A stretch of 64,000 bases of DNA from Gammaproteobacteria bacterium (GCA_050298595.1 JBNKUM010000048.1:1-64000); one strand, 5' to 3'; positions 10,349-20,190 are shown, counted from the first letter of the stretch. Notes: generated by a model not told the origin, from the letters alone. Translations and numbers: made by a program.

Positions 10349-10362
10349 TTGATCTCAGTCAA
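10349..10362. promoter_or_regulatory. Putative FNR box upstream of the small membrane protein gene
   Basis: TTGATCTCAGTCAA vs consensus TTGAT-N4-ATCAA (1 mismatch). A minus-strand CATAAT -10-like hexamer at about 10323-10328 gives class-II promoter spacing. Confidence 0.55.
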
Positions 10363-10413
10363 ATAGCACCTCTGAATTTTGTTAATAAAATTAATAGAGA
10401 TTAATCCAGAAGA

Positions 10414-12645
10414 TTATTTAGATGTATGCGTGTAAACCCCATCCCAGTTAGCTCCAGGTGGGTTTTGGCGATAGTTAGCTACACGATTAAGGTATTCCTG
10501 ATACAGGAATTTATCTGGATAGGAACGAGTTAGATTAAAAAACATTATCTCTGCGTTATCCCAATCCTGTTTGCGAAAGGCTAGTAGAGCTTGCTTGTAG
10601 CTGGTCAGTTCAGCGGTCAGTTGCTTACTGACGTCGTTTTTATGACCAACGGGTTCGAATATGGCAACAGGTTCATGTTTGCCTTTTACACGGACCAGAT
10701 CTAATTCTCTAAAAATAAACTCATCAACCGCATTTTTCGTGGTCTCACTTACTATGATATCGACACCATAAGCCTTTGTTAGCCCTTCCAGTCGAGATCC
10801 TAGATTAACCGCATCACCAAGTACGGTGTATGCCACGCGGAACTCAGAACCCATATTGCCCACATTCATAACACCCGTGTTTAAACCGATGCCAATATTT
10901 ATTGGGGGCCAGCCTTTATCTTTGAAGTCCTGTTGCATGATGGTTAACTCTTTCATCATGTCGAAGGCTGCATATAAAGCATGACGAGCATGCTCGGGGT
11001 CGTTCAATGGCGCTCCCCAGAAGGCCATGATGGCATCACCCATATATTTATCAATTGTACCGCGATTTTTATGAATAACCCGTGTCATTGGTGTCAAAAG
11101 AGCATTCATTAATTGGGTGAGCTGTTTAGGATCCAGGCCCTCCGATATGGTAGTGAAGCCTCTTACATCAGAAAACAAAACGGTCATTTCACGACTTTCG
11201 CCTTCCATGGAAAACTCAGCAGAGGTCTGTACCATTTCATCGACTAGTTCAGGAGGGATATATTGACCAAAGCTCTGGGCCAGTTGTCGTTTACCTCTGG
11301 ATTCGATAAAGAATCCGTAGGTCATATGCACTGTATATAAAAGGGAGATGAGTAATAGCGGTGAAGCGAGTGGTAAAATCAGATTATTACTCCAGGCCCA
11401 CATGGTTCCTATCAATACGAGAACTGTAATCCCAAGAGAGCTTAACGCAGCTAAAGTAGGTGGTAAATACGTTAACACCAAAGCCCCGGCGATAGCCACA
11501 ATCAATAATAAAACAAATTCATATCCGAGTACCCAGGCGGGTTTGTGTTTTATAGTTTGGTTGAGGATGCCTGAGATTATATTGGCGTGAACCTCAACCC
11601 CTGGGTAAATATTTTGTACGGGAGTGGTACGTAAATCGAGCAGGCCAGGTGCCGAGGTGCCCAGTAGTACGATTTTATCCTTCAGGATCGATAGGTCGGC
11701 TGTTTTATCGAGAACCTTATATGCGGAGACATAAGGAAAACTACCCTGCTTTCCACGGTATGGAACGTATACTGCACCGTTGTCATCAACTGGGATTATA
11801 TAGTTTCCAAGTTTTATCGCTTCCAGTGCATAGTAATCCTGTACTGATTTATTACCGTCCGATTCGACCAGTAATTCAAGGTCTGAGTCACCAGTAGCAG
11901 CTTGCGTAGTAGCAAGTGCCAAAGAAGCGTAAAGATAGCCGCCATAATTTTGAATCAGTGGGACGCGACGAAATACACCATCATTGTCCACAAGTGGATT
12001 GTCAAAGTAACCGCCTGAAGCTGCTGCTTTTTGTAACTGGTCTAGATTCGCGCCATAACCGATGGCTTTATTAATTGGAAGCCGTTCACTCCATATATCA
12101 TCCATTTTGGTAATAGCGGGTGGTAGTAGACCTGTTTCTTCCTGTTCGCCTTCCTGTATATTGGGTTTAAAATAATATCCAAGAACGATATTTCTATTTT
12201 GCATGCTTTCTGCAAAAAGCTTATCGTAATTTAAAGAGGGTTTTATGCGCTCGAAGGTTTGTAAAAACTCGGTGTTCTGGCTAAGTTCATTTTCGGCTAA
12301 GTTTTGAAACGCCTGAAAGCCGGAGCTTTCATCTTTTTCAGCAAATACAATATCAAAGCCCAGGGTATTTATCTGATACTGATCGAAAAGATTGTTGACT
12401 AGCGTTGCCAGCTTATCCCTTTTCCATGGAAATCTACCGACTTTAGCAAGAGAAGTCTCGTCGATATCGACTATGACAACATTTTCATCTCTGGTGTTTA
12501 GCAGGGTGAAGTTAAGGCGTGCATCGTAGGTCCAGTCTTCTAATTTTCTGACAAAGGGATAGTTGTAAAGATTAGAAGTATCTATTAGCAATGCAAGCAA
12601 TATAACCAGGCTTATAACCAATCGAATAATGCGTTGCAGTTGCAT
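10414..12645 (-). CDS. Membrane CHASE2-domain class III adenylate cyclase
   Basis: CHASE2 motifs IVDIDE..L...GRFPW and DNDGVFRR, three TM helices, cyclase motifs LFSDVRGFT, DKYMGDAIMAFWGAP and YTVLGDAVNLGSRLE (Lys and Thr specificity residues indicate ATP); TPR-like C-terminus. Confidence 0.92.
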   Translation of the reverse strand: MQLQRIIRLVISLVILLALLIDTSNLYNYPFVRKLEDWTYDARLNFTLLNTRDENVVIVDIDETSLAKVGRFPWKRDKLATLVNNLFDQYQINTLGFDIVFAEKDESSGFQAFQNLAENELSQNTEFLQTFERIKPSLNYDKLFAESMQNRNIVLGYYFKPNIQEGEQEETGLLPPAITKMDDIWSERLPINKAIGYGANLDQLQKAAASGGYFDNPLVDNDGVFRRVPLIQNYGGYLYASLALATTQAATGDSDLELLVESDGNKSVQDYYALEAIKLGNYIIPVDDNGAVYVPYRGKQGSFPYVSAYKVLDKTADLSILKDKIVLLGTSAPGLLDLRTTPVQNIYPGVEVHANIISGILNQTIKHKPAWVLGYEFVLLLIVAIAGALVLTYLPPTLAALSSLGITVLVLIGTMWAWSNNLILPLASPLLLISLLYTVHMTYGFFIESRGKRQLAQSFGQYIPPELVDEMVQTSAEFSMEGESREMTVLFSDVRGFTTISEGLDPKQLTQLMNALLTPMTRVIHKNRGTIDKYMGDAIMAFWGAPLNDPEHARHALYAAFDMMKELTIMQQDFKDKGWPPINIGIGLNTGVMNVGNMGSEFRVAYTVLGDAVNLGSRLEGLTKAYGVDIIVSETTKNAVDEFIFRELDLVRVKGKHEPVAIFEPVGHKNDVSKQLTAELTSYKQALLAFRKQDWDNAEIMFFNLTRSYPDKFLYQEYLNRVANYRQNPPGANWDGVYTHTSK

Positions 12646-12754
12646 TGAGACTCCCCTCGGTCAGGATAGTGTGTTATTCCATACGCACTGAGTTTCATAG
12701 TCTTGAAAAAGTATCAGTGGGATACGGATGCTCCTGGTTTCGAGCAATCTTGAA

Positions 12755-13477
12755 TTATCTTGTGTAAAACTCCATTTTTACACCTGCGACTTCTATGATG
12801 TCGTGATTATTCAATTTATGTGCATTCGAACCAATTGCAGCGCCAGCGACCTTGGGGACATTATTATTAGGGCCACCATCAACATGGATTAGAAAAAATC
12901 CTGTAGGTCGGCGTGTAATTGCAGCTACTTGCACACCGGGTTGACCGATAGTGGTTAAGGCTTTCTTGAGAACCAGTTCTTTACCCGCATTAGCACCACT
13001 TAGTAGTTGCAGGCAGGCTTCCAGGTCAGTAGTACTTGATTGAGAGGTTGATGCATTTTCGGAGGCAATGGCGGCAGATATTTTCTGTACCGATTTATCA
13101 ATTTCTTTGCTACCTTTTTCCTCTGGCATACCCACTTCACCGGGGCGGATAATCATAGTTTGTTCGTAATCGGTATCTGATTCAGTAGCACTATTCTGGT
13201 AAACTAACTGGTATTTTCCGAGGGTGATTTTATCACCATGCTCTAAAGCATGTTTTTTGATGAGCTTGCCATTAACATAAGTGCCATTGGTGCTACCTAG
13301 ATCTTCCAGGAAGGAATCGTCAAGGATAGTAATGACCTGAGCATGACTGCCACTTACAGACAGATTGTCAATATGTATGTCATTGCTGGGTTTGCGTCCA
13401 ATAGTAGTTGTTTCTTTGGTAAGAGGGATTTCCTGATGTTCCCCAGATGTAGATGTCATTACCAATTTTGCGACCAT
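12755..13477 (-). CDS. FHA-domain protein with a second degenerate FHA-like C-terminal domain (start probably 13477)
   Basis: Phosphothreonine-binding motifs IGRKPSNDI, VSGSHA and DLGSTNGTYVNG; Thr-containing linker DYEQTMII. Confidence 0.88.
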   Translation of the reverse strand: MVAKLVMTSTSGEHQEIPLTKETTTIGRKPSNDIHIDNLSVSGSHAQVITILDDSFLEDLGSTNGTYVNGKLIKKHALEHGDKITLGKYQLVYQNSATESDTDYEQTMIIRPGEVGMPEEKGSKEIDKSVQKISAAIASENASTSQSSTTDLEACLQLLSGANAGKELVLKKALTTIGQPGVQVAAITRRPTGFFLIHVDGGPNNNVPKVAGAAIGSNAHKLNNHDIIEVAGVKMEFYTR

Positions 13478-13521
13478 TTTTTGTTCCAGCCTCGTGTTAT
13501 GTTTGTATAGCAATTTTCCAA

Positions 13522-14343
13522 TTAAAACCATTCAATCAATTTTTTGAACCAACTTTTTGATTCAGAAAAATCATCATTGATACGACATAGGATAACAGAA
13601 ATATTATCCTTGCCACCATTTTGGTTTGCCTTTGTAATCAATTGCTTGGCAGCTTCTTCTAGATTATCACTAAATCTATTAATAGTTAAGCTTATATATT
13701 CATCTTCTACCAGATCCGTGAGTCCATCAGAACATAGCAAATAGATGTCATTTTTTATTGCAAGCTCTTCCTGGACATCTGGGATCACCGTTGGGTCTAT
13801 GCCCAGGGCTTTGGTGACAAGGTTCTTATTTAATGAGGTTTTTGCTTCTTCAGCAGTGTAAAAACCACGGTCTATCAATTCCTGTAGCAGAGAGTGATCT
13901 TTGGTGATCTGTTCTAGTTTTTCTCCACGATATCGGTAACAACGAGAATCACCAATATGTGCCAGAGAAAAACGGTTATCATAAAGCAGTAATACGACTA
14001 CTGTGGTTCCCATACCTCGTAATTCTGGATCTGAGGCTGACTTTCTATAAACAAGGTCATTGGCCTGTTCGATGGCTTCCTGAATACAGACTGATTCCAG
14101 AGAAAACCCGCTATGGCTATCAATCTGTCCGCCGGTAATGGAAGGTAACTGTTGTTGTATCTGCTGGATAATACTGTCGACTGTCAGGCTGCTAGCAACT
14201 TCACCCCCCAAATGTCCACCCATACCATCGGCTAGAACCAGTAATCCAAGAGCGCTATCATAGCCAATGCTATCTTCATTATTCTGTCGTATTCTACCGG
14301 TATCGGTAAATCCGACTATTTGGACTTTTCCCTGTAGATTCAT
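13522..14343 (-). CDS. PP2C-family (Stp1/PrpC-type) Ser/Thr phosphatase
   Basis: GRIRQNNEDS, ADGMGGH, MGTT, HIGDSR, LCSDGL and GGKDNIS motifs. Confidence 0.94.
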   Translation of the reverse strand: MNLQGKVQIVGFTDTGRIRQNNEDSIGYDSALGLLVLADGMGGHLGGEVASSLTVDSIIQQIQQQLPSITGGQIDSHSGFSLESVCIQEAIEQANDLVYRKSASDPELRGMGTTVVVLLLYDNRFSLAHIGDSRCYRYRGEKLEQITKDHSLLQELIDRGFYTAEEAKTSLNKNLVTKALGIDPTVIPDVQEELAIKNDIYLLCSDGLTDLVEDEYISLTINRFSDNLEEAAKQLITKANQNGGKDNISVILCRINDDFSESKSWFKKLIEWF

Positions 14344-14347
14344 AATA

Positions 14348-16981
14348 TTACTGCAATTTTTTCAGGCATAATTTTAGATCATTTGCCATGTCTGTACCTG
14401 TCTGGTAACGGTCATCGGCATTCTTAATAAGTGTTTTATTGACTATTTCAACCATGCATTCAGGGATTTCAGGTCGTAGCGATCTGATATTCGGAGCTTC
14501 TTCGTTGGTTATCTTAAACATCAGGCTTGCCATAGAGTCCGCTTTAAAGGGTAGGGAGCCAGTTAGCATCTGGTATAGCATAACACCCAGAGAAAACAGG
14601 TCAGAGCGACCATCTACCTTTTTACCGGCCAGTTGCTCGGGAGACATATAGGATGGAGTTCCTAACACCATACCTGTTTTGGTTTTACTAGAGTCTGTAA
14701 TCCTGGCAATACCAAAATCGGTAATTTTAAGGCTGTCAGATTTAGGTTCATACATCAGATTTGCAGGTTTTATATCACGATGAACGATGTTTTGGGCATG
14801 CGCGAATGCCAACCCTTCAGCAGCTCTGGTGACAATACTGATCACTGTTTTGATATCCAGTAAGTTGCCTTTCTTGGTGTATTTTGTCAAATCCTGACCT
14901 TTCAGAAACTCCATCGCAATATAAGCCAGGTCATGTTCTTCACCAGCATCGTAGATAGTGACGATGTTGGGGTGGCTGAGCCTTCCTGCGGTTTCGGCTT
15001 CGCGAAAAAAGCGCTCCTTAACCTCAACCAGTTCATCGCCTTCAAATTCCTGAGCAAGAGCCAAGGTTTTAATCGCCACTATGCGGCTAATTTTAGGATC
15101 TTTACCCAGGTAAACGATACCCATAGCACCTTTACCCAATTCCTTTTCGACCTGATAACGACCTAACATAGGTTTTTCAACGCCACTGCCATCGAGTAAT
15201 AACGTACCACCTGCGTGTGCACCGCTACCGCCAAGTAATACTGTTTCTTCCATCTGCTGAGATCGGTTTAACCGAGTCTGGATATCGCGGAACTTAATAT
15301 CGTACCTGGACATGTATTGATAAACACCACTCGCTTTATTGAACTGGCGTTTACGTTCAAAATCCAGCGCAAGATTATACAACGCTTCCATGACAGCGTT
15401 ATCCAGCGGGCATTTACGGAATTTTTCAAATGCCATATCCAGCTGGCCCTGAGACTGAAATGCAATACCCAGCATTCGATTGCTTTCGGAAGACTCTTCA
15501 TCTGATTTTATCTTACCGCGCTCGGTCACAAGGAATCGTTTGGTGGTTATAAGCAGATGACCAATAACCAGTAATGCGGTGGGTCCCATTAACTGGATCC
15601 ATAAGGTGCTACCTGTCATCAGAACATAATGAGTGGAGATTAAGCCTAGCATTAAAATGGTTGTAAAAGCGAAAGCGACCCCGGCTTTTAAGCGAGGCAT
15701 AATAAACATCAAGTAGATAGCGATCAGGACAAAGGCAGCCAGTCGAACCCAGATACCCCATTCTGGAACAATAAAAAAGTCTTCATTCAGGATGCTGGAT
15801 ACCGAATGTGCCAGGGCCAGAACCGGGGGTAGTGATGGGTCTATCGGGGTAACCAGACTACTGCCTACACCGGTTGCGGTTGCACCGATCAATACAATTT
15901 TACCTTTATATTTATCCAGTGGGATTTTACCGGAAGCAACATCGTAAAAAGAATCGACCTGGAATGCTGGGAATCCTTCGACATCAGAATAATAAAAGGT
16001 ATTCATCATCATCTGGTTATCGGTCTTGATTTCCAGACTGCCCAGTTCAACGCTTTCAGCCAGGTTGATTTTGATATCTGGATTTTTAAGGTTGAGGCTT
16101 TTTGCTGCGATTTGCAAAGCAATGGATGGATAATAGCGATCGTAATGTTTAATGATCAGGGCTTCGCCTCTTACCCCACCATCTATATCCGCGATGATAT
16201 TGAGGTGACCAATAGCAGAGGCCAAAGGGCCTAGCTTTTCGATAGGTGGAATTGCACCCACCGATGTGATCGGATAAAGACCCTGAGACAGAGCCTGAAC
16301 CCGGTCATGGATGTTAGTCATCGCGTTCTTGAGTACGTAGGTCGGTAATTCCTGATCTGGATTACCGTGTGGAATACCAGGCTTAAAAGGCATGGCGAGT
16401 ATGACATTTTTCGCTGCAGCCATACTTCGCGCCAGTTTGGTGTCAGTATCCAGTGCTTGTTCGGCTTCAATGAGTCGTGATTTTAATGTGTCCAGATCCT
16501 GATTTAGGCGTGAATGCAAATTGGTTTCGAGATAGAAAGCCAGCAGGTCAGCGATAGCCCTGTTTTTGCTATTCGCTTCCAGCATGGTGGAGAGACTGTC
16601 TACCTCTGCGGGTATGTCATTGAAACTGGCATTACTAAAGAAATTTATTAATTCCTTTATGTATACTGTTCCAGGGTCTATCTGTGGCTCCAGGAAAAAA
16701 ACGGTTTCTCCTATTACCCTGGCTCCTCCTTCTGATAGCAGTTGAATCATATCTGCATGCAGATCACGCGGCCATGGCCAACGGCCGATATTAGCTATGC
16801 TTACATCATCGATAGCAATGACCGCAATTTTATCGGAAGGAAATCGTTCAGTAGATCGAACGCCCCAGTCGTAGGCAGATCGTTCCAGACTTTGTAATTG
16901 GGTTGAGCCTGAAGAAAGTACAATAACTACGGTGATAATTAGTCCGGCGAACCAGTCGGCACTCCAGAATCTTTCTTTCAT
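14348..16981 (-). CDS. Membrane CHASE2-domain Hanks-type Ser/Thr protein kinase
   Basis: CHASE2 (IAIDD..I..IGRWPWPR), three TM helices, TPR-like linker, kinase motifs GKGAMGIV, VAIK, HRDIKPAN, DFGIA and GTPSYMSPE. Confidence 0.93.
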   Translation of the reverse strand: MKERFWSADWFAGLIITVVIVLSSGSTQLQSLERSAYDWGVRSTERFPSDKIAVIAIDDVSIANIGRWPWPRDLHADMIQLLSEGGARVIGETVFFLEPQIDPGTVYIKELINFFSNASFNDIPAEVDSLSTMLEANSKNRAIADLLAFYLETNLHSRLNQDLDTLKSRLIEAEQALDTDTKLARSMAAAKNVILAMPFKPGIPHGNPDQELPTYVLKNAMTNIHDRVQALSQGLYPITSVGAIPPIEKLGPLASAIGHLNIIADIDGGVRGEALIIKHYDRYYPSIALQIAAKSLNLKNPDIKINLAESVELGSLEIKTDNQMMMNTFYYSDVEGFPAFQVDSFYDVASGKIPLDKYKGKIVLIGATATGVGSSLVTPIDPSLPPVLALAHSVSSILNEDFFIVPEWGIWVRLAAFVLIAIYLMFIMPRLKAGVAFAFTTILMLGLISTHYVLMTGSTLWIQLMGPTALLVIGHLLITTKRFLVTERGKIKSDEESSESNRMLGIAFQSQGQLDMAFEKFRKCPLDNAVMEALYNLALDFERKRQFNKASGVYQYMSRYDIKFRDIQTRLNRSQQMEETVLLGGSGAHAGGTLLLDGSGVEKPMLGRYQVEKELGKGAMGIVYLGKDPKISRIVAIKTLALAQEFEGDELVEVKERFFREAETAGRLSHPNIVTIYDAGEEHDLAYIAMEFLKGQDLTKYTKKGNLLDIKTVISIVTRAAEGLAFAHAQNIVHRDIKPANLMYEPKSDSLKITDFGIARITDSSKTKTGMVLGTPSYMSPEQLAGKKVDGRSDLFSLGVMLYQMLTGSLPFKADSMASLMFKITNEEAPNIRSLRPEIPECMVEIVNKTLIKNADDRYQTGTDMANDLKLCLKKLQ

Positions 16982-17199
16982 GAGCTCTCCATAGAAAAAA
17001 TTCTAAGTAGTTGGTCGTACTAAATTAATATTCAATATCGAGTAAGGCAATGAAGCCGGTGAAAATTAAGCGCTAAAAGATTTTTATTCATTGGAGTTGG
17101 CCTCTACTAATTGTGCTCAATATTATTTTAAGTTAATCATTTAAACACATGGAAGAGACTATAAGGTTGAATCAGGGTTTTTGCCAGTATAATTATCAA

Positions 17200-17221
17200 A
17201 AATGTGATCTGGATTAGGAAC
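17200..17221. promoter_or_regulatory. Putative CRP/Vfr-type site in the divergent kinase / HD-GYP intergenic region
   Basis: AAATGTGATCTGGAT matches the first 15 bases of consensus AAATGTGATCTAGATCACATTT at 14 positions; the second half-site is poor. Confidence 0.35.
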
Positions 17222-17344
17222 TGAGGACGGGATATTTTAATAACATGCAATGAATTTATTATGCTGTCTTATACTTAAACGAGTTTGGTTTACTGCTGGG
17301 TCTCGGTGGGGCGAGTTAATTATGTTGGGTCTACATTTTCAGAT

Positions 17345-18952
17345 ATGAAAGAAATACTCGATCATATCGACCGCTTAAACGAAATAGGTATTGCGCTGTC
17401 TGCCGAAAAAGATACCCGCAAGCTGCTCGAATTAATCATGATGGGTGCAAAGTCCTTAACCCATGCCGAAGGGGGTACTCTATACTTTGTACAGGGAAAC
17501 GTCTTAAACTTTGAAATCATATCAAATGACCGTCTGGACATACAGATGGGTGGATCCTCAGGCAAAGATATTGGGTTTGCTCCCTTACCATTGACCACAG
17601 AAGACGGTGAAGAAAATCATAATATGGTCGTTACTCACTGCGTATTGACCGGAGAAACCGTGAATATTGAAGATGCATACAATGAGGACGGGTTCGACTT
17701 TACTGGAGCACGCGAATTTGATGAGAAAATCGGATATCGCACGCGTTCTATACTTACTTTGCCATTAAAAGATCACCAACGTGACATTATTGGTGTACTC
17801 CAGTTAATCAATGCTATTGATCAGCAAACCGGTAACGTGATTGCATTTGATGAGATTGATCAGCAGTTGGCGGAATCTCTGGCATCACAGGCGGCAGTTG
17901 CACTTACTCAAAAACGCCTGATCAACGAACTTCAGGAATTATTCGAGTCTTTCATTAAAATGATTGCGAGTGCGATTGACGATAAATCTCCTTATACAGG
18001 GGGACATTGTCGGCGTATTCCAGTACTGACTATGATGCTTGCCGATGCAGTGGATGACCATCAAAGTGGACCGCTAAAAGATTTTAGTATTGATGAGAAG
18101 GATCGCTATGAACTGGAAACTGCTGCATGGTTGCACGATTGCGGCAAAGTGGTTACTCCAGAGTATGTAATGGATAAGTCGACCAAGCTAGAAACTATTT
18201 TTGATCGTATTCAACTGATTGAAGGGCGCTATGAGATTTTGTTACGCGATGCTGAAATTGACTATTTAAAAGCTAAACTCAACCGAGATGAAGAAGGGCT
18301 GAGTATTCAGCAGTTGAATGAAGCGTATCATTCTCAATGCGAAGAGCTTAAGCGAGATATTGATTTTCTTCGTCATATCAATATCGGTAGTGAATATATG
18401 ACCGATGCGCAGGTTAGTCGTGTGTATACTCTGGCCAGGCAGTGCTGGGTGGATATGCAGGGGCGGCAGCAAGTGCTTCTGAGTGATGACGAAATCGAAA
18501 ACCTCACCATTCAGCGCGGCACTTTAAATGCCCGTGAACGAGAAGTGGTTAATTATCATATTGTAGCAACGATAAAAATGCTGGAATCGTTACCTTTCCC
18601 GAAGCATTTACAGAAAGTCCCGGAATTCGCAAGCGGACATCACGAAAAAATGGATGGTACTGGCTACCCCAAAGGTTTAACCAGAGATCAAATGTCGGTT
18701 CAGGCGAGAATTATGGCAATCGCCGATATCTTTGAAGCTTTAACCGCCAGCGACCGACCTTATAAGAAGGGCAAGAAACTATCTGAGTGTCTTAAGATTA
18801 TGAGCAATATGAAAATGAATCATCATATTGATCCCGATATTTTTGATATTTTTATCAAGGATAAGGTATATCTAAAATATGCTAAGGAGTTTCTGGATCC
18901 AGACCAGATAGATGAAATTAGTGAGCAGCAGGTAATTGGTTATTTGAATTAA
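17345..18952 (+). CDS. GAF + HD-GYP cyclic-nucleotide phosphodiesterase (start probably ATG 17345)
   Basis: N-terminal GAF domain, SPYTGGHC, LHDCGK, HHEKMDGTGYP and IADIFEALTASDRPYK motifs. Confidence 0.92.
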   Translation: MKEILDHIDRLNEIGIALSAEKDTRKLLELIMMGAKSLTHAEGGTLYFVQGNVLNFEIISNDRLDIQMGGSSGKDIGFAPLPLTTEDGEENHNMVVTHCVLTGETVNIEDAYNEDGFDFTGAREFDEKIGYRTRSILTLPLKDHQRDIIGVLQLINAIDQQTGNVIAFDEIDQQLAESLASQAAVALTQKRLINELQELFESFIKMIASAIDDKSPYTGGHCRRIPVLTMMLADAVDDHQSGPLKDFSIDEKDRYELETAAWLHDCGKVVTPEYVMDKSTKLETIFDRIQLIEGRYEILLRDAEIDYLKAKLNRDEEGLSIQQLNEAYHSQCEELKRDIDFLRHINIGSEYMTDAQVSRVYTLARQCWVDMQGRQQVLLSDDEIENLTIQRGTLNAREREVVNYHIVATIKMLESLPFPKHLQKVPEFASGHHEKMDGTGYPKGLTRDQMSVQARIMAIADIFEALTASDRPYKKGKKLSECLKIMSNMKMNHHIDPDIFDIFIKDKVYLKYAKEFLDPDQIDEISEQQVIGYLN

Positions 18953-20020
18953 CTACTTTCCTTCTATATCGCTCATATCTGCACTATCCACACCCGCTTT
19001 AAGCACATAGGTATGAATATCTTTTTCATTTAACAGGAAAGATGCTGCCGAGCTGCGTCTACCTGTATCGCAGTAGATAATATATTTATTGTTAGTATCC
19101 AGAGAATTAGCCTTCATGCGTAGGAAAATCAGTGGAATATTAATACTGCCCTTAATGTGTTTGGCTTTGTATTCATCCGGTAATCTGACATCCAGCCAAA
19201 GTCCACCATTAGCTATAATTTGCTTTGCTTCAGTATAGTCTACCCAGTTCAGTAAGGGTTCGTTGAGTAGTGAGTTGAAATCATCTTTATTCAGGCGCAT
19301 CAGGTGTCCATCAGAAAGCATGGTTACTGTCGCATTGCGTTTGGTTTCCGAAATCAATGCTTCTTCTCCGAAGCTATCGCCGACGCTTAAGGTGGCAAGT
19401 TTGACGCCTTTTGGGTTGGCCGGAGTTGCGCGAGTAACCATGCAGCGTCCTTCCTTGATGATATAGAAAAAATCGCCCGGATCATCCTGTTTGATCACGA
19501 TATCGCCATGCTTAAAGTGCACGGCTTCCATACGCATAAACATGGCCTGGATGTTGGCAGGCGGTATTCTATGAAAAGCACGGGTCTGAAGAATGCGAGT
19601 CATCCAGTCGGTTGAATCCTCATCGTCATCCTGTGATTCGTCAAGTGACTCTACTGAGTAGCTACCGGTTTGATCCCAGGTCAGCATGATGTCGAGCATG
19701 TCACTGTTTACTCGAATAATCATTGCAACTGATTTTGCGCGTACTGAAACGGGACGTGGAAAAGTATGAGCTAGCGGATGTTTGCCTTCATCACTTCCTG
19801 CAGAAATGATTTTGATGACTTTTCTATCAGAAACAACTTCGACTTCACCCTTTACCACATAGATATGGGCCTTATCCATATCACCCTGTTTAAAGATGAA
19901 CTGACCTGCCTTTATCATTTCAGGTTTGATTTTATTAATTAAATCTTGAGCATTTTCAGAATTAAGCGAATTGATCGGTGATAATTCTCTTATTATTTTA
20001 GGATCAATTTCTATCGACAT
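18953..20020 (-). CDS. Tandem cyclic-nucleotide-binding domain protein with C-terminal rhodanese domain
   Basis: CNB-A (IFKQGD...YVVKGEV), CNB-B (IKQDDPGDFFYIIKEG...FGEEALISETKRNATV), rhodanese (DVRLPDEY..KHIKGSINIP...CDTGRRS). Confidence 0.88.
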   Translation of the reverse strand: MSIEIDPKIIRELSPINSLNSENAQDLINKIKPEMIKAGQFIFKQGDMDKAHIYVVKGEVEVVSDRKVIKIISAGSDEGKHPLAHTFPRPVSVRAKSVAMIIRVNSDMLDIMLTWDQTGSYSVESLDESQDDDEDSTDWMTRILQTRAFHRIPPANIQAMFMRMEAVHFKHGDIVIKQDDPGDFFYIIKEGRCMVTRATPANPKGVKLATLSVGDSFGEEALISETKRNATVTMLSDGHLMRLNKDDFNSLLNEPLLNWVDYTEAKQIIANGGLWLDVRLPDEYKAKHIKGSINIPLIFLRMKANSLDTNNKYIIYCDTGRRSSAASFLLNEKDIHTYVLKAGVDSADMSDIEGK

Positions 20021-20127
20021 TGGATAAGGGCTATTCTTGAGGGTTTAGTAAGTAGCGCTTATTCTGTAGGCGTTAGGTAGATAAATCAATAGTATATTAT
20101 GACTTGAAAGGGGGCAAATCGTTGGTA

Positions 20128-20143
20128 TCAGAAAGCGATCACA
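20128..20143. promoter_or_regulatory. Putative CRP-type site upstream of the cNMP-binding/rhodanese gene
   Basis: TCAGA-AAGCGA-TCACA vs TGTGA-N6-TCACA (8/10 core positions). Confidence 0.35.
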
Positions 20144-20190
20144 CTATATTGAAAACTGATGGTTTATTTAGCCGCAGTAAAACATGTCTA

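Noticed and set aside
12755-16981. Kinase/PP2C/FHA trio read as a T6SS regulatory module (PpkA/PppA/Fha)
   Set aside because: No tss/tag structural genes are in the window, and the kinase has an N-terminal CHASE2 sensor with a C-terminal kinase, unlike PpkA.
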